Assembly: GCF_032062105.1 (NCBI RefSeq)
Contig: NW_026918900.1
Location: 62,001-126,000 of the forward strand
DNA: 64,000 nt
DNA from: Saccostrea cucullata
Lineage: Eukaryota
Reading direction: 5' to 3'
Below the pieces are notes generated by a model, which was given only the letters and a program-made list of their open reading frames with translations, did no database searches and was not told where the DNA came from. Each line of letters opens with the position of its first letter. Position 1 is the first letter of the stretch. Shown piece by piece: positions 37,624 through 49,496 of this stretch. Made by a program: the position numbers and the translations under genes.

Positions 37624-38830
37624 TTCATTCATTCTTTATTTCCTCATAATATGAGATTATTTAACACAATCAGAACAAAATCAACTATTCATTGTACAAA
37701 GTTAGGAAAAGAAAATAATCAAACAGAAGAAAACGAAAGTGAAAATAGTTAATGGATATATACAACGTATCACTTCATACAAGAGGGAATTTGTTAACTG
37801 TCCCCCACTGGCATATGTTGATACATCACCCTGTAGTAATGTGCTGATGCATCCCGTATAAGTCGGAAGTTCTTTACTTGGAAATCTACAACGTTCTGTT
37901 CTGCTATCCTGGTGTTTAGAGCGCGACCAAGGAGTATGACATACAGTTCTTCATCGGTGAGTGCACATACCTCAGCTGAAAGTTCAATACAGAAGGTGTT
38001 TGTGATGTCACTGCACCAGTTGTTCCGGATGTTCGAAGTGATAAGGCATGAACAACTAACATGGACAAACAGATCACGGAATGCAGTCCCACAGAAGCGA
38101 CAGATATCCACTGAGTCACGCGGCGGGTCAGAAAGGAGTTTGCATATGAATTTGTATAAGCGAATTTCATAGCAATTCTTTGGTGTTCGCCAGAAGGAAG
38201 ATGGGTCGTTATCACAGAAGACTGCATGAAACCTAGAGAAATCAGTGTTGTTCGCCATACGACATTGTCTTAAATCCTTCTGTTTTCTGCTGGTTGTAGA
38301 TCTTACAATGTTTCTCCAACTTAATTTGGAAGGGAAGACGCCGTCAGCTACCCATTCGTATAAGAATTGAAGAAGATCATATGCACACAGTAGGTTAATG
38401 GCATCTGGAACAAATCCTTGTTGACAGTTGCTCAGGTTAGCAAAGAAGGAAAACAGAAGGACTAAAAATATTTTCTTTGGTAAAATATTGCAGTTCATAC
38501 GACACAGACGTCCAAAGAACACGAGTTTCCTTAGTCTATCTCAACACTTATTGGAAGGACGTGAAAGAGGGTTTCACAGATATCGGATGTAGTTTGGCGT
38601 GGAAGGTTCTGTGAGGACTTGCATATAGAATGTCATGAAGGCGTTGAGAATCTGTTGCTGACAAGTTATTCCACAGTTCGCAGCCGTACAATACAGAAGG
38701 CAGGATGACCGATTTGTACAGATGGACTAAGGTTAGTGGATTAAGGTAGGGATATCCAATGTCTGTGAGAGTATAAAAGGAGTTTTTACCTTTCCTGCAG
38801 GCAGCATTTATTCGGTCCGTTAAGGAGGTC
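37624..38830 (-). mobile_element. 5'-truncated LINE (L2/CR1-like) 3' end
   Basis: ORF2 C-terminal remnants (LYKSVILPSVLYGCELW; CRFCG..H...C) with frameshifts; 3' tail AATAAAGAATGAATGAA on the minus strand at ~37624-37640. Confidence 0.75.
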
Positions 38831-38837
38831 CGTTGAA

Positions 38838-38901
38838 AGGCGCGGATCATCAGATCAAACTCGACGCTTCGCGTCTCGTTTGATCTGATGATCAGCGCCT
38901 G
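38838..38901. repeat. Hairpin with GCTTCGC loop
   Basis: AGGCGCgGATCATCAGATCAAAC..GACGC-TTC-GCGTC..GTTTGATCTGATGATCAGCGCCT. Confidence 0.7.
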
Positions 38902-39404
38902 TCAACTCGACGTGATACGACCCTTCTGATCAAGTTACTGTTATAATAATATATATGTATCGTTTTTTTTCAGATTATAGCTATAGTTAAGCAGAACATC
39001 CAAAAAAACGAGAAAGACAACCTTCTATCAGACTGTGCTTCCTGAAATCAGTCTTTGTCCGAAATTCAGAATTGTTCTTTGTATAGCTCATTCATCAATG
39101 CAAATAATGTTTGGGACATAGCTAAGACATTGTAACTAATAAATATATACAAGATTAAAATATTGATCTTCACTAATTCAGTTTAATTGTTCCATATCAA
39201 TATCAATAATTATATAAATGGTTTCCAACATGATAATGGCGTGAAACATTACAGTTCTCGTTAAGTCAATAAAAATTAAAACTATTCATACGAGGTTCTG
39301 CTTTGTTAATAAAAAGCATAATTATTGACTGATAAAAATAAAAGTATAAATCATGCTTTTGCAATGTCCATGTTGTAACCTCCTCTATTAAATTGTCACT
39401 GAAC

Positions 39405-40616
39405 ATGTTTCGCAATATGTCCAAGTGTGTTGTATTTTTCCTTGCGTTGTTTTTTTCTCTTGGTCAAGCCCTTGGGGAAATGGACCCCGAAACATCTCTC
39501 CAAAATGCGCTCTTTGATGGATACAATCGCTTTCGTAAGCCTGTCTTAAACAGAACTCACTATGTTCCATTTGGTGTGTCCATTTCGCTTCATAGTATAG
39601 AACATGTTAACGAGAAGTCACAAACGTTTTCATCAATTGTCTGGTTGGCTTATAATTGGAGAGATGAATATCTCCGCTGGAATATCTCAGAATATGATGT
39701 CAAAGGTCTAAGGATTCCTGCCCAAAAAGTCTGGATTCCAGCCGTTTGTAATTTGAATGAACTAGAAATTGACAAGAAATGTATCAGTTTTAATTCCGTA
39801 AAAAACAATGAAGTTTTTATTTTACCTTATGGGGCAGTAATTTTATACGATACGGTGAAGAGCACGATTCAATGTGAAATTAATATGGAGAAATATCCGT
39901 TTGACGAACAGAAATGCACTTATGCATTCCAGTCTTTATTATCAAATATTCATGAAATAAAAATTGATGACAAAATATGTTCAATTGACTTATCAACCCT
40001 AACAGCTAATGGAGAGTGGAACCTAATTTCTATAGAAAAGGAAATTAAAAAAATAATGTACGGAAGAGGAAATGATTCCATAGATATTAGACTCGATTTT
40101 GTCGTGAAGATACAACGACGTCCAACCATGGCCATTTTAACATTTGTGATACCGATAGTGGTGCTTTCAACCATGAACATATTCTGCTTTGTTTTGCCAA
40201 TAGAAGCCGGGGAGAAAATTGGCATGTCTATGGCTTTATTTCTAACCTTTGCTGTGTTTGCCAGCATTCTAAGCGACACAATGCCTTCATCCTCAGAGAA
40301 CATCTCGTGGTTCAGCATTTATGTTACTACACAGGTTATTCTGAGTGCTATGGTTGTGATTCTGGAAACCATTGTTCTTCGTATCTATCATGGAGATCCC
40401 GATCCCGAGAAAAAAGAAAATGTACAACAACTTCATTGTAAGACTGTCTACAAGGTGATGGAAAGCCATAAAACATTAACTAGTCCAGGAGGACGTCTGA
40501 AACCTACCACTTCCTGCAGTAAAGACACAGCTATGAGAGTAGAAAAAGTCTTCATGGCGTGCATCATTTGCGTAAATATTGCTTCAGTTTATGTTTTAAG
40601 TATAGACATTCTTTAG
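39405..40616 (+). CDS. Intronless Cys-loop ligand-gated ion channel, nAChR-like non-alpha subunit (copy 2)
   Basis: Paralog of 35090-36310; Cys-loop CEINMEKYPFDEQKC, GEK, four TM helices. The ORF-track start at 39393 is TTG; the first ATG is 39405 and the next 39417. Confidence 0.93.
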   Translation: MFRNMSKCVVFFLALFFSLGQALGEMDPETSLQNALFDGYNRFRKPVLNRTHYVPFGVSISLHSIEHVNEKSQTFSSIVWLAYNWRDEYLRWNISEYDVKGLRIPAQKVWIPAVCNLNELEIDKKCISFNSVKNNEVFILPYGAVILYDTVKSTIQCEINMEKYPFDEQKCTYAFQSLLSNIHEIKIDDKICSIDLSTLTANGEWNLISIEKEIKKIMYGRGNDSIDIRLDFVVKIQRRPTMAILTFVIPIVVLSTMNIFCFVLPIEAGEKIGMSMALFLTFAVFASILSDTMPSSSENISWFSIYVTTQVILSAMVVILETIVLRIYHGDPDPEKKENVQQLHCKTVYKVMESHKTLTSPGGRLKPTTSCSKDTAMRVEKVFMACIICVNIASVYVLSIDIL

Positions 40617-41559
40617 TTTTGACTTTTCAAAGATAAACAAGTTGCTTTCAAAAAGATCACTTAAGATTTTGGAAATTGTCTCCAATCCCGATGATATAAA
40701 TTATTATACTATATATTGTGAATGAAAAAGGTTCAAACAACTTGATCGAATTGAATGACTGGACTCTTGTGAGAAAGAATGTTACATTTTTTTTAACGTT
40801 GTCAGAATATTTGTTAGCATTGAACTCGCCCATTTGTTATAAGTGGAATGATTGAATTTAGGATACATAGTTAATGTTTGGTTATTGTAAGACCGATGTA
40901 TCTTACTACGCTTACCTCCTTACATCTTGTTAAACAGTTTCAGTACATACATGTAGGCGAAATTGTTATATTTTGACCTGAAGAGGACATCATAAAGAAA
41001 AACTGTACGTATACATGTAGTTACTTTTTTGTATTCTCCCATTTTAGCACAAAATCTGCTATTCACTTACTGTACCTATTAAGTATAATTGATGTTATTT
41101 TTCTAAAATTCTAATTCTCATTGACAGAAATTAAATTGAAGACATGTAAACAAAATGTATTTTGATTCTTTTATTTATGAATTTTTTATTCTTTGTTGTT
41201 TTGATAATCCTCTAAAGCATAAAAAAGTTTAAATGTAAATCACCAGTATTTAGAGAAAGTTTAATGTTCATGTATTGTCTCCAAAAGATATCTCGACGTT
41301 CGGTTTTCCACCATACTGTTGACGACTTTTTTTTTAAAAAAGAGTGCTCATTAATTCCAATTTTTGTCTTTCATAGTGAATACATAAAAACAACCTAAAT
41401 CAAACATTAAATACAAGTTATAAAAGCAGAATATATCCTAATGTGTCCACTTGGTACATTTTGAGGTCAACAAGGATATTTGCTGTCACCATTCCTCTTC
41501 CTCTTAGTAATTGACTGGATCATGAGGAATACAATTAACATGCAGGAACAATACCGTAG

Positions 41560-42460
41560 TATACAGTGGATACTTCCATCTGACCCATCTTGACGATCAA
41601 GACTTTGTTAATGACCTATCTCTCTTTTCGCACAAACAGTTAACTGCATTTCAAAACAAACACGCCTTGCAGCACCATCAGCAGGAACAGGACTCAAGAT
41701 AAACTTGAAGGAATCATAATATGAAAATCAACACAATTGCCCAAAATTTGCAATTAGTAGTGACCCCATAAGAGAAGTTAAGTCCTTCATCTATTTGGGG
41801 AGTGTGATCTTGCTTATCTTAACTATGACTGAACATTATCCGTGACATCAGGTTACACAACTGGCATGGCAAAAGCTGTGTTACAATGATTTAGAATATC
41901 TGGGTCTCAAAAATCCTTTACTTTGCTACCAAACCGATGCTCAGCTCAGATAAAAATTCTGTCTTATTGTAAAGGACAGAGACATACATGGAGAAATACA
42001 AAATTAACCTTGTGCTGTTTTTCATCTTTAACATACAAATAGAGCCATTGAATTGAATGTTGTAGGAATGCAAAGTGGAGCTCAGATTACAAACTATAAG
42101 AATGTCATCCATATACATTAATTACTAGTATCTAAATATCGAATTGAAAGTCAAAGGAATATTAAAGGTCTTCTGTAACTTAGTTTTTTTTGATAAAAAT
42201 TGTTGCCCTTGAATATAATCATTCAAACAATTGCAAGGTGTCAATTGACTGCGTAGTTTTCTTTCTTAAATTAACTTCAAATAACAGTTTTATTTTGTTT
42301 TATAAGTGAATCATAGCCTTGATCAAAAAGAACCACATTTTGAAAACTTTATTGAAGAGAGAAGCCAGAAGAGTACATTATTATATGAATCTCATTAAAA
42401 TCCTGAAGGGAAGAAGTGGGACAAGATTGGACACACCCTTAGGAAGTTACCATCCAGCAT
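41560..42460 (+). mobile_element. Highly decayed RTE-type LINE fragments
   Basis: Remnants homologous to 51231-52400 (LDDxDFxxDLSL, YLGS, WxxIGHTLR). Confidence 0.45.
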
Positions 42461-43029
42461 TACACGTCTTGCAGGTCTAATGAAATGATTTCCTCGCACA
42501 AAATACATCATTCCATTTCTCGTGTGTGTTGCTGGTGCAAATATGGTCAATCTGATTGTATGTAATATTTCAGGGGAACTCCTTGTGGCCTTATGAAACC
42601 GATTGTGAGTGAAGTTTTGAGTCCAGATATATTACGAAGAGAGGATATATGCTCCAAATCTCTTGTTCATTTTTATAACTGACACATATATTGTGTGTCA
42701 AAGTGTGTCTTTCATAAAGACCATTGAAATCCATATTATGTCAAGTTCTTTGTTAATAGTCTGCATCAATTTAAAATATGTTTGTTCTCTGAATACGTTT
42801 CTTTCATTCGATTTGGTTTAGAGGCAAAATCACAATATGACAGTACAAAAGGAAATTTTAAATTGATAAAGGTGTCTTTCGTTGTTTAATCTTCATGCAA
42901 GTTTGTTCATTGTGGTATCATATATAATCATATGTGACACAATTTGATCTTGCTTATCTTAACATTCACCTAATAGCCCGTACATGTATCGCAGGAGTTA
43001 CAGGTTGCCGTTGTGCCTACCTTACGTTG

Positions 43030-43246
43030 CGCGGGTTTGGCTACACCATTTGATTTGTGTGTTGAAATAGGATGGGAGGAACCGAAGTCCCGTGTCGCGG
43101 TGTGTGCTGGACGATAAAAGTTGTAAAAGTTTCCCCACTGGTCAGCCTACGTTGTGCCAGGTTATTGGGATAAAATTTGTAAACTCTACACCGTTAAGTT
43201 CGCTCTATATAGGTAGGAGGGACGTTGAACAGCATACAATCAATCA
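43030..43246 (+). mobile_element. SINE fragment with GGGACGTT.AAC..ATACAATCAATC tail
   Basis: Same tail as 32230-32272 and, reverse-complemented, 44258-44295. Confidence 0.55.
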
Positions 43247-44257
43247 TCTGATTCACGTAAAGGTCTGATATCAGCAAGTGTCGTTAATTTTTGCTCCTTT
43301 AAAAAACATGTTCATTATATACTGAATATTGATCCGTTCAACAAGTTTTATTATGTTTTATATCAGTGATTTCCTTCAACGAGTTATGTAAAATCGATTT
43401 GCAGCATAGATACGCCCATGTAAAAGACTAACTTCATCAACATTTTCTCTTATATGCATGTTTCTTTGTAAAATTGACTTTGGAAGAGGGAATTTGCAAA
43501 AAAAACCACTAGACTCTTTGGTGTATTTCATTCAGATTTCACTGGGACTTATGGAGTCGACAATTATGCCGGGTACGAATTAAAATTATTATTGAAATTA
43601 AAAAAAAAACGTTCATGTATCTAAATGTTGAATTGAAATTAAGAATCGCAAAAAAGGGAGAACAAATTTAAATGCAATCGTGTGTGTTTGAATCTGAATG
43701 CCGAATTGAAAGTCAAAGGAATTTTAAAAGGCTGTGGTAAAGGAAACATACGTAATTTGCATCGGGATCAATGTGAAATGTTATTTTGATTTGTAGGATA
43801 TATACATTCTAACCAACAGAAAGTGTACATCCAAAAAATGCAAAATTAATGCAATTTTGATTTGATCCATCACTATAAGACTATATAAAAATTTTCAAAG
43901 TGGTTCTCTCAAAAAGACTAACTGTTAAATTCCATATCGTGTCAAGTTGTTTGTTAATAGTCTGTATCAGTTTAAAATCTGTTTATATAAGTCAGTTTCT
44001 TGGTAACACCTCCTTTCCATGCACCCATAACTTTTAGAGGCAAAAACCTGGAATTTTACAATTGGATAGAAGGTGTAGTCTATGTTTTGTTGTTTAATTT
44101 TACATGCAAGATTGTTAATCATATGTCAACATTACAATGTACTTAGTATGTGACAAATACATATGTTTCGTCTCCTCTTTCTTATTCGTCTAAAGACACT
44201 GTATCAGCGAGCAAGCATCGTTAATTTTTTCTCCTAGTTAGAAAAAAATGTTCATTG

Positions 44258-44545
44258 TGATTGGTTGTATGTTGTTTAACGTCCCTCTCGAGAATGTTTC
44301 ACTCATATTGAGACGCAGCCACTTGCCGAGGATGAGCTACAAATTGTGTTCTGTACTCGGCACTTAGGGCCATTTGGAAATGAAACTTTTTCAAAAACTT
44401 TAACTGCGATACAGGGCCACGCTTTAAACGGTCTTTTACAGATTTAGCATCCACACACAGCCTGGATTCAACCCGCGACGTAAGGATCAGGAATCCTTAG
44501 GATTCATGGTAACTTGGAACGCTTTAACCACTGCGCCACGCGGGC
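44258..44545 (-). mobile_element. tRNA-derived SINE
   Basis: Minus-strand head GCCCGCGTGGCGCAGTGGTTAAAGCG (A box), GGGTTGAATCC (B-box-like), tail GAGAGGGACGTTAAACAACATACAACCAATC. Confidence 0.7.
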
Positions 44546-45688
44546 TATCTGTTCATCATGGCACGGTCGAGTGATACGTTCAACAAGACGGTTACCTGTT
44601 TCCGTAAATTTCAAATGCATGCAAGGAAGGTCTAAATGAGTTACGTAAAATCGATCTGCAGCATAGATACGCCTATGTAAAAGACTGACAGCATCAACAT
44701 TTTCTCGTACATGTTTCTTTATAAAATTGACTTTAAGATCGATACGCAGCACTGTTAAGGCCTACTATGGAAAATCAACGGGATATAGACGTGTAAAAAA
44801 TGGGACCATTTTAAAATGAATTTATTTTTATATAGCTGTTTTAAATTATTATCACATAACTTATATACTTATTGAAATAACATAGTACAACCCACTTTGT
44901 TCTGAATTAAGTTTGTCATATGCATGATTGAATCTGAATGCCGAATTGAAAGTCAAAGTAATATTAAAAGGTCTGCATGCCTGCAAAAATTAAAAAAAAA
45001 TATAGTGCCCTTGAATATAAATTCTAACAGTTTGGAGTCAAACACTGCGTAGAACTTTATCGTCTTAAATTAACTTCAAAGAACCTATCTGCAGATTCAT
45101 AATGATTAACAGGATGCAACGCAGCCATTTATTATTAAAACTGAATTGATGACTGAAAGATAACTGAATATCTAAGTAAATGTGATTGAAAGATTACTGA
45201 GTAACTAATTTTAGGTGACTGACCGATTTCCTAAAGATGGCTAGTAAATAGCAAAACACTGAAAGACATTTTATTGATCCCAAACTAAACAAATTGTAAG
45301 ATGTAAAAACTGCCAGCAATATAATGAATATCATGAATATTTCTGTAACAAAAGTGCGGTTAGATGTTGTGATATGTGATTGCTGCTCACTTGAAGTTAA
45401 GCGTTTTCAAGAGCATAATCGATCTGATCTTCTTCATCATAAAACATTTCATGCATGAATGCAGTCAAAAAAAAAACAGTAACATCTTTTTAAAAGAAGC
45501 AGAAGAACCGCAAAGCAAAAAACTTAATAATAAATAAAAATTCGTACATCAAAAAATCAGATATCTTTATCACTCCCAGCAAAAATCTATAATTCAGTAT
45601 TCACTTTCTTTTACAATGAATGTAATATACTTAACGCTGAAAAGTCTATAAGTGGAACTGTCAAGTACATATTGTGTGCCAGGTTGCA

Positions 45689-46627
45689 CTAATTCGTCTT
45701 CTCATTAGGGTGGGGAGCCAAAGCTTTAGGAAGCCATTCCCCAGCGGGGCCTCGGAAATGGAATCCAAGACTGTCGGTGACACCTGTAGCCTCTACGTTA
45801 AACTCGGCCACAGGAACCCCCCTAGAGGCCACCTCGGGGGCAAACAAGCACGCGGGATACACAACAGATGACGTTCCAACCACAAGACACAAGTCACATT
45901 CATCCAGTTTGTCGTGTGCTGCCTTCAGAACAGAGTCATTCAAACATTCGTTAAACCAAACAACACCCGGGCGAAGCAGTCCACCACAATTTTCTTTTGT
46001 ACACCGTGGAAGTTGCTCTTCAGGGATTCGGGCATCGTCAGCGTTTGGATCTGGTTCTCCTTTTCCCGCCAACGCTTCGCAGATGGGGCTATTGCGATTA
46101 AACTGGACGTCCTGGCATTTTGTGCACCTCGTTTTGAAAAGGTTTCCGTGCAGCTCTATGACATTCGTAGATCCAGCACGTTGGTGTAACTCATCAATAT
46201 TCTGCGTAATAACGGTAACATCACGCCCTTGAGGTTTTAGTCTTTTTTCGCATTCAGCAATAGCAATATGAGCCGGGTTGGGATCTTTGGAAGCCATAAC
46301 TTCGCGTCGGTAATGATAAAATTCCCAAACAAGTGAAGGATTCATGCGAAATGCGCTAGGGTCTGCCAAATCCTGGGCTGCAAATTTCCTCCATAAGCCA
46401 CCAGCACCCCGAAATGTGGGCACTCCGCTCTCCGCGCTTACTCCGGCACCAGTGAGTACTACGATGTTTTTAGCCTTACCAAACTCCTCACGAAAACCAT
46501 TAAAGTCCGAACTCGCCATAGTCTGTGTTAATAACGGTGTCGTATTGGAAAGAAAACTTGGATTATTGAACAGTCCTACCCGTGTTGTCCGTGGAACAAA
46601 CTTCCGCAATCCAGACGAACAAATCAT
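45689..46627 (-). CDS. SIRT5: NAD-dependent protein deacylase sirtuin-5, mitochondrial; uninterrupted CDS
   Basis: [15 protein letters not shown], class [13 protein letters not shown] (Tyr/Arg acidic-acyl specificity pair), TQNID, ELHG, Zn ligands CTKC and [17 protein letters not shown]; Arg-rich N-terminal presequence. Confidence 0.95.
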   Translation of the reverse strand: MICSSGLRKFVPRTTRVGLFNNPSFLSNTTPLLTQTMASSDFNGFREEFGKAKNIVVLTGAGVSAESGVPTFRGAGGLWRKFAAQDLADPSAFRMNPSLVWEFYHYRREVMASKDPNPAHIAIAECEKRLKPQGRDVTVITQNIDELHQRAGSTNVIELHGNLFKTRCTKCQDVQFNRNSPICEALAGKGEPDPNADDARIPEEQLPRCTKENCGGLLRPGVVWFNECLNDSVLKAAHDKLDECDLCLVVGTSSVVYPACLFAPEVASRGVPVAEFNVEATGVTDSLGFHFRGPAGEWLPKALAPHPNEKTN

Positions 46628-47104
46628 TATTATTAATAGGCATTCCTATTTTCATAATATGCAAAGTAAGGTACGGCGGTCCATTCATGCCGTAACCCTG
46701 GTGACATTCAATAAATCAGTTAGGATTTTCTCTGGTCTTTTCTCATATCTTGTTTTATTTTTTACATTTATTACCATGGTTCCTGATGATGGGGATGGTG
46801 CGATAAATATGAAGCATCGATATGATGATAATATAATTCACTAGATCGATGCACCGTGCCATATTACACCGCCACCGAAAACAAGTTAAACTTGTTTACA
46901 AGTGTATTCATAGTCACCTGTCTATATTATAAACATGATAAAAGTGGTTTAAAATTAATTCAATGCAGAGTGTTTCGCTCTAATGGACATTTTGATTTGA
47001 CATTACTTTGTGTCAATCTTTTTTTTCTATTTAAAGGTATATGTCATTCTTCGGGTTTTTTAAAAGAAAATTTCAGCAGAACATATTAATTCTAAACTAT
47101 TTAT

Positions 47105-47512
47105 TAGGGCTGGGCAATAATATCGATATTTCAATATATTGCAATACAATGACAAAATATATCGTATCGCAATACGATTTTGTAATATCGATATATTGGC
47201 AATATGCTTAGATTAAGGAATTTTGTCATTAAATATCAAAATGGACTGATGAAAGTTTGTTATTAAGCCAAACAGTAAGTCATAAGTTGTTTGGTGGGAA
47301 AATTTTAGAGCATTACTTAAATGAAATCAACAAGATTTTTTTCTGTGTTGGTTACTTATCACAGTTATGTACATTCTGCATGTAATTTCATGTAAATTTA
47401 GTAAGAAAATGCCATTTTTATTACATTAAAAATATTGCAATACATATCGCAATACAGTTAAAAATATCGCAATATATCGCAATACGAAATCTCGGGCCAA
47501 TACCCAGCCCTA
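47105..47512. mobile_element. hAT-type MITE upstream of SIRT5
   Basis: TAGGGCTGGG / CCCAGCCCTA TIR; exact 8-bp TSD CTATTTAT; ATCGCAATA subterminal repeats. Confidence 0.88.
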
Positions 47513-48399
47513 CTATTTATTATAATTAAATTTTATGACGTATCTAAATTTTGATTAAGAAGATATTGGATGACACCATGGCTATTCATAGAATTGAATG
47601 TTATCTTACGGATCGTTGTTTTCTTGCGTTTTTCATTTCCGAGATTAAAGAGTGAAGAATTACTGAAGATGTATCCCGAACGCAAATATCGTCATTTACA
47701 AAAAACAATTGCTGATTGGTCGACCTGGGTGTACTGAAATCCAATCAGAACTCTGGAAAAAAATCCCGATTTCCATGAACACCGTAGGCCAAGGGTTTAT
47801 GAGGAGAGGAGCATATCAGAAACCCTTGGCTAGCGAAGATGGAGTTACTTCCCGTTGGCCGCCATACTGGAAGTCCAAATGCTCATAATATTCCTTCATT
47901 GTTCAACCAAATTAATTTTTTTATATTTGCTATTTTGAATTAGAAATCATTATTTTTCTGAAGTATATAAATTTTTGGAAGCCTCCTTTATCTAAAAAAA
48001 ATTATTTATTAAAGATTTTCCACCAAATATTTCTGCTACAACCTCTTAAACTTGGTAAGACAAAGAGGGAAATCACTGAGTCGACCTCCAATATGGCGAC
48101 CAACGGGAGGTAACTTTCGCTAAATTCAGGCCTATCGAAAACTATCTGTTTAGATTTTCAATACCCCAAATAATATGTAACTTTTTAGTGCAAAAAGTTC
48201 ATACAATAATTTACGAATATTAATTTGCAATATTTGTTCGATGATAAATATTATTAAAACTATTTCAGGTAAAATAAGAGTATAATTATTGCCATTGGTA
48301 CATGCAATTCTGGTATACTATGATAAAGGTGAAAGTGTGATTTAAATAAGAGTTAAAATTTAAGTACAAAAAGATTAACTTAATTGTACCGTAGCTAAG

Positions 48400-49129
48400 C
48401 AGTCCAGTCCAATACGAAAAATCGTAATATTACTAAAATTCGTAATATAAGCAATTTCTAACTCTTCTAAGAGTTACTTCCCTTTTTTCTGATACAATCT
48501 CTTTGTTATGTTCCATCAGAGATTATATGTCTATGGTTTCATCATTATGATATCATGGATATGTACGATTAGTGGATTTTCTTTGTTTTGGTGCATTTGA
48601 TCCAAGTGCAAAGATTCAGAGCCTAGTGAGAGTCTTACAATATCTCTCGTAAATCTTGTTATTTGAGATGAGGGTCTGCAGGGTAGACTTCGGGAAAAAT
48701 ATAGGGAATTCGGGTATTATAGACCATTGTGACAAGTTTGAAGATACATTGAAATTTTATGGAAAATTGTTCGCATTCTTGGGAAAATTCTTATATAAGA
48801 ATCATAAAACAAAATGTTCACTCACCCATTACCATTGTTACTTTCTTCTTGCATTTCCATACTTTTCGATAGACGTCACTGACCAAGATGACCACGTGAT
48901 ACTAGTACCATTGGGGCATAATGTATTTCTGACGTCATACTTCCCTAAACATCATTCAGTTTCTTTCAATGCTTAATTTTGTCTTGCATTACGAAAATTC
49001 GTAATATATTCTCTCTCAACTTGCTGTATTACGAGTTTCCGTAATTTAACTATATTACGAAAAATAGTAATATAAGAATAATATTACGATATTTCGTAAC
49101 ATTACGATTTTTCGTATTGGACTGGACTG
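48400..49129. mobile_element. Unclassified MITE with 6-bp TSD
   Basis: TIR CAGTCCAGTCCAATACGAAAAATCGTAAT; GCTAAG duplicated at 48394-48399 and 49130-49135. Confidence 0.85.
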
Positions 49130-49363
49130 GCTAAGTAAAAGATGCACACTGGCCCATATCCTATTTTCTCTGCGATTTTGAGTCACCCTATATGAGTATG
49201 CTCATCCAAAATATACAGTTTCTCAAAAAATCCTTGATATATATATATATATATAACAAATTTCAAATAACAATTTATGGCTGAATCATATTCAGTATTA
49301 AAACATTTTTGTTATGTAATCCTTTGTGTTTTAGTACATTATACAGCATAATATATTGGGATA

Positions 49364-49496
49364 TTTAAAACCTGTACATTAAGTCACCTGTAACTGTACA
49401 TTAAGTTGGCAAAACTCTCAATTCTTAACTTAATCTATACAGCTTTTTGTCAACTTAATGTACGGTTACAGGTAACTTAATGTACAGGTTTTAAAT
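49364..49496. repeat. ~130-bp inverted repeat of TGTACATTAAGT subunits
   Basis: TTTAAAACCTGTACATTAAGTCACCTGTAACTGTACATTAAGTTGGCAAAA mirrored by TTTTGTCAACTTAATGTACGGTTACAGGTAACTTAATGTACAGGTTTTAAA. Confidence 0.75.

Larger units (their letters stand above)
42130..45085. repeat. Local ~1.2-1.5 kb tandem segmental duplication (two full units plus one partial)
   Basis: CGAATTGAAAGTCAAAG at 42141, 43702 and 44942; AAATCGAT.TGCAGCATAGATACGCC at ~43391 and ~44648; CCATAT..TGTCAAGTT at ~42731 and ~43932. Confidence 0.7.

Noticed and set aside
37794-38850. 242-aa and 100-aa ORFs as host genes
   Set aside because: Frameshifted LINE ORF2 C-terminus with a simple-repeat tail.
44470-44545. tRNA gene
   Set aside because: A/B boxes are present but there is no cloverleaf, and the sequence continues into a SINE body and tail.
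45674-46844. Plus-strand ORFs overlapping SIRT5 (similar cases at the nAChR, amine oxidase and ANKZF1 genes)
   Set aside because: Antisense shadows of real CDSs with no recognisable motifs.
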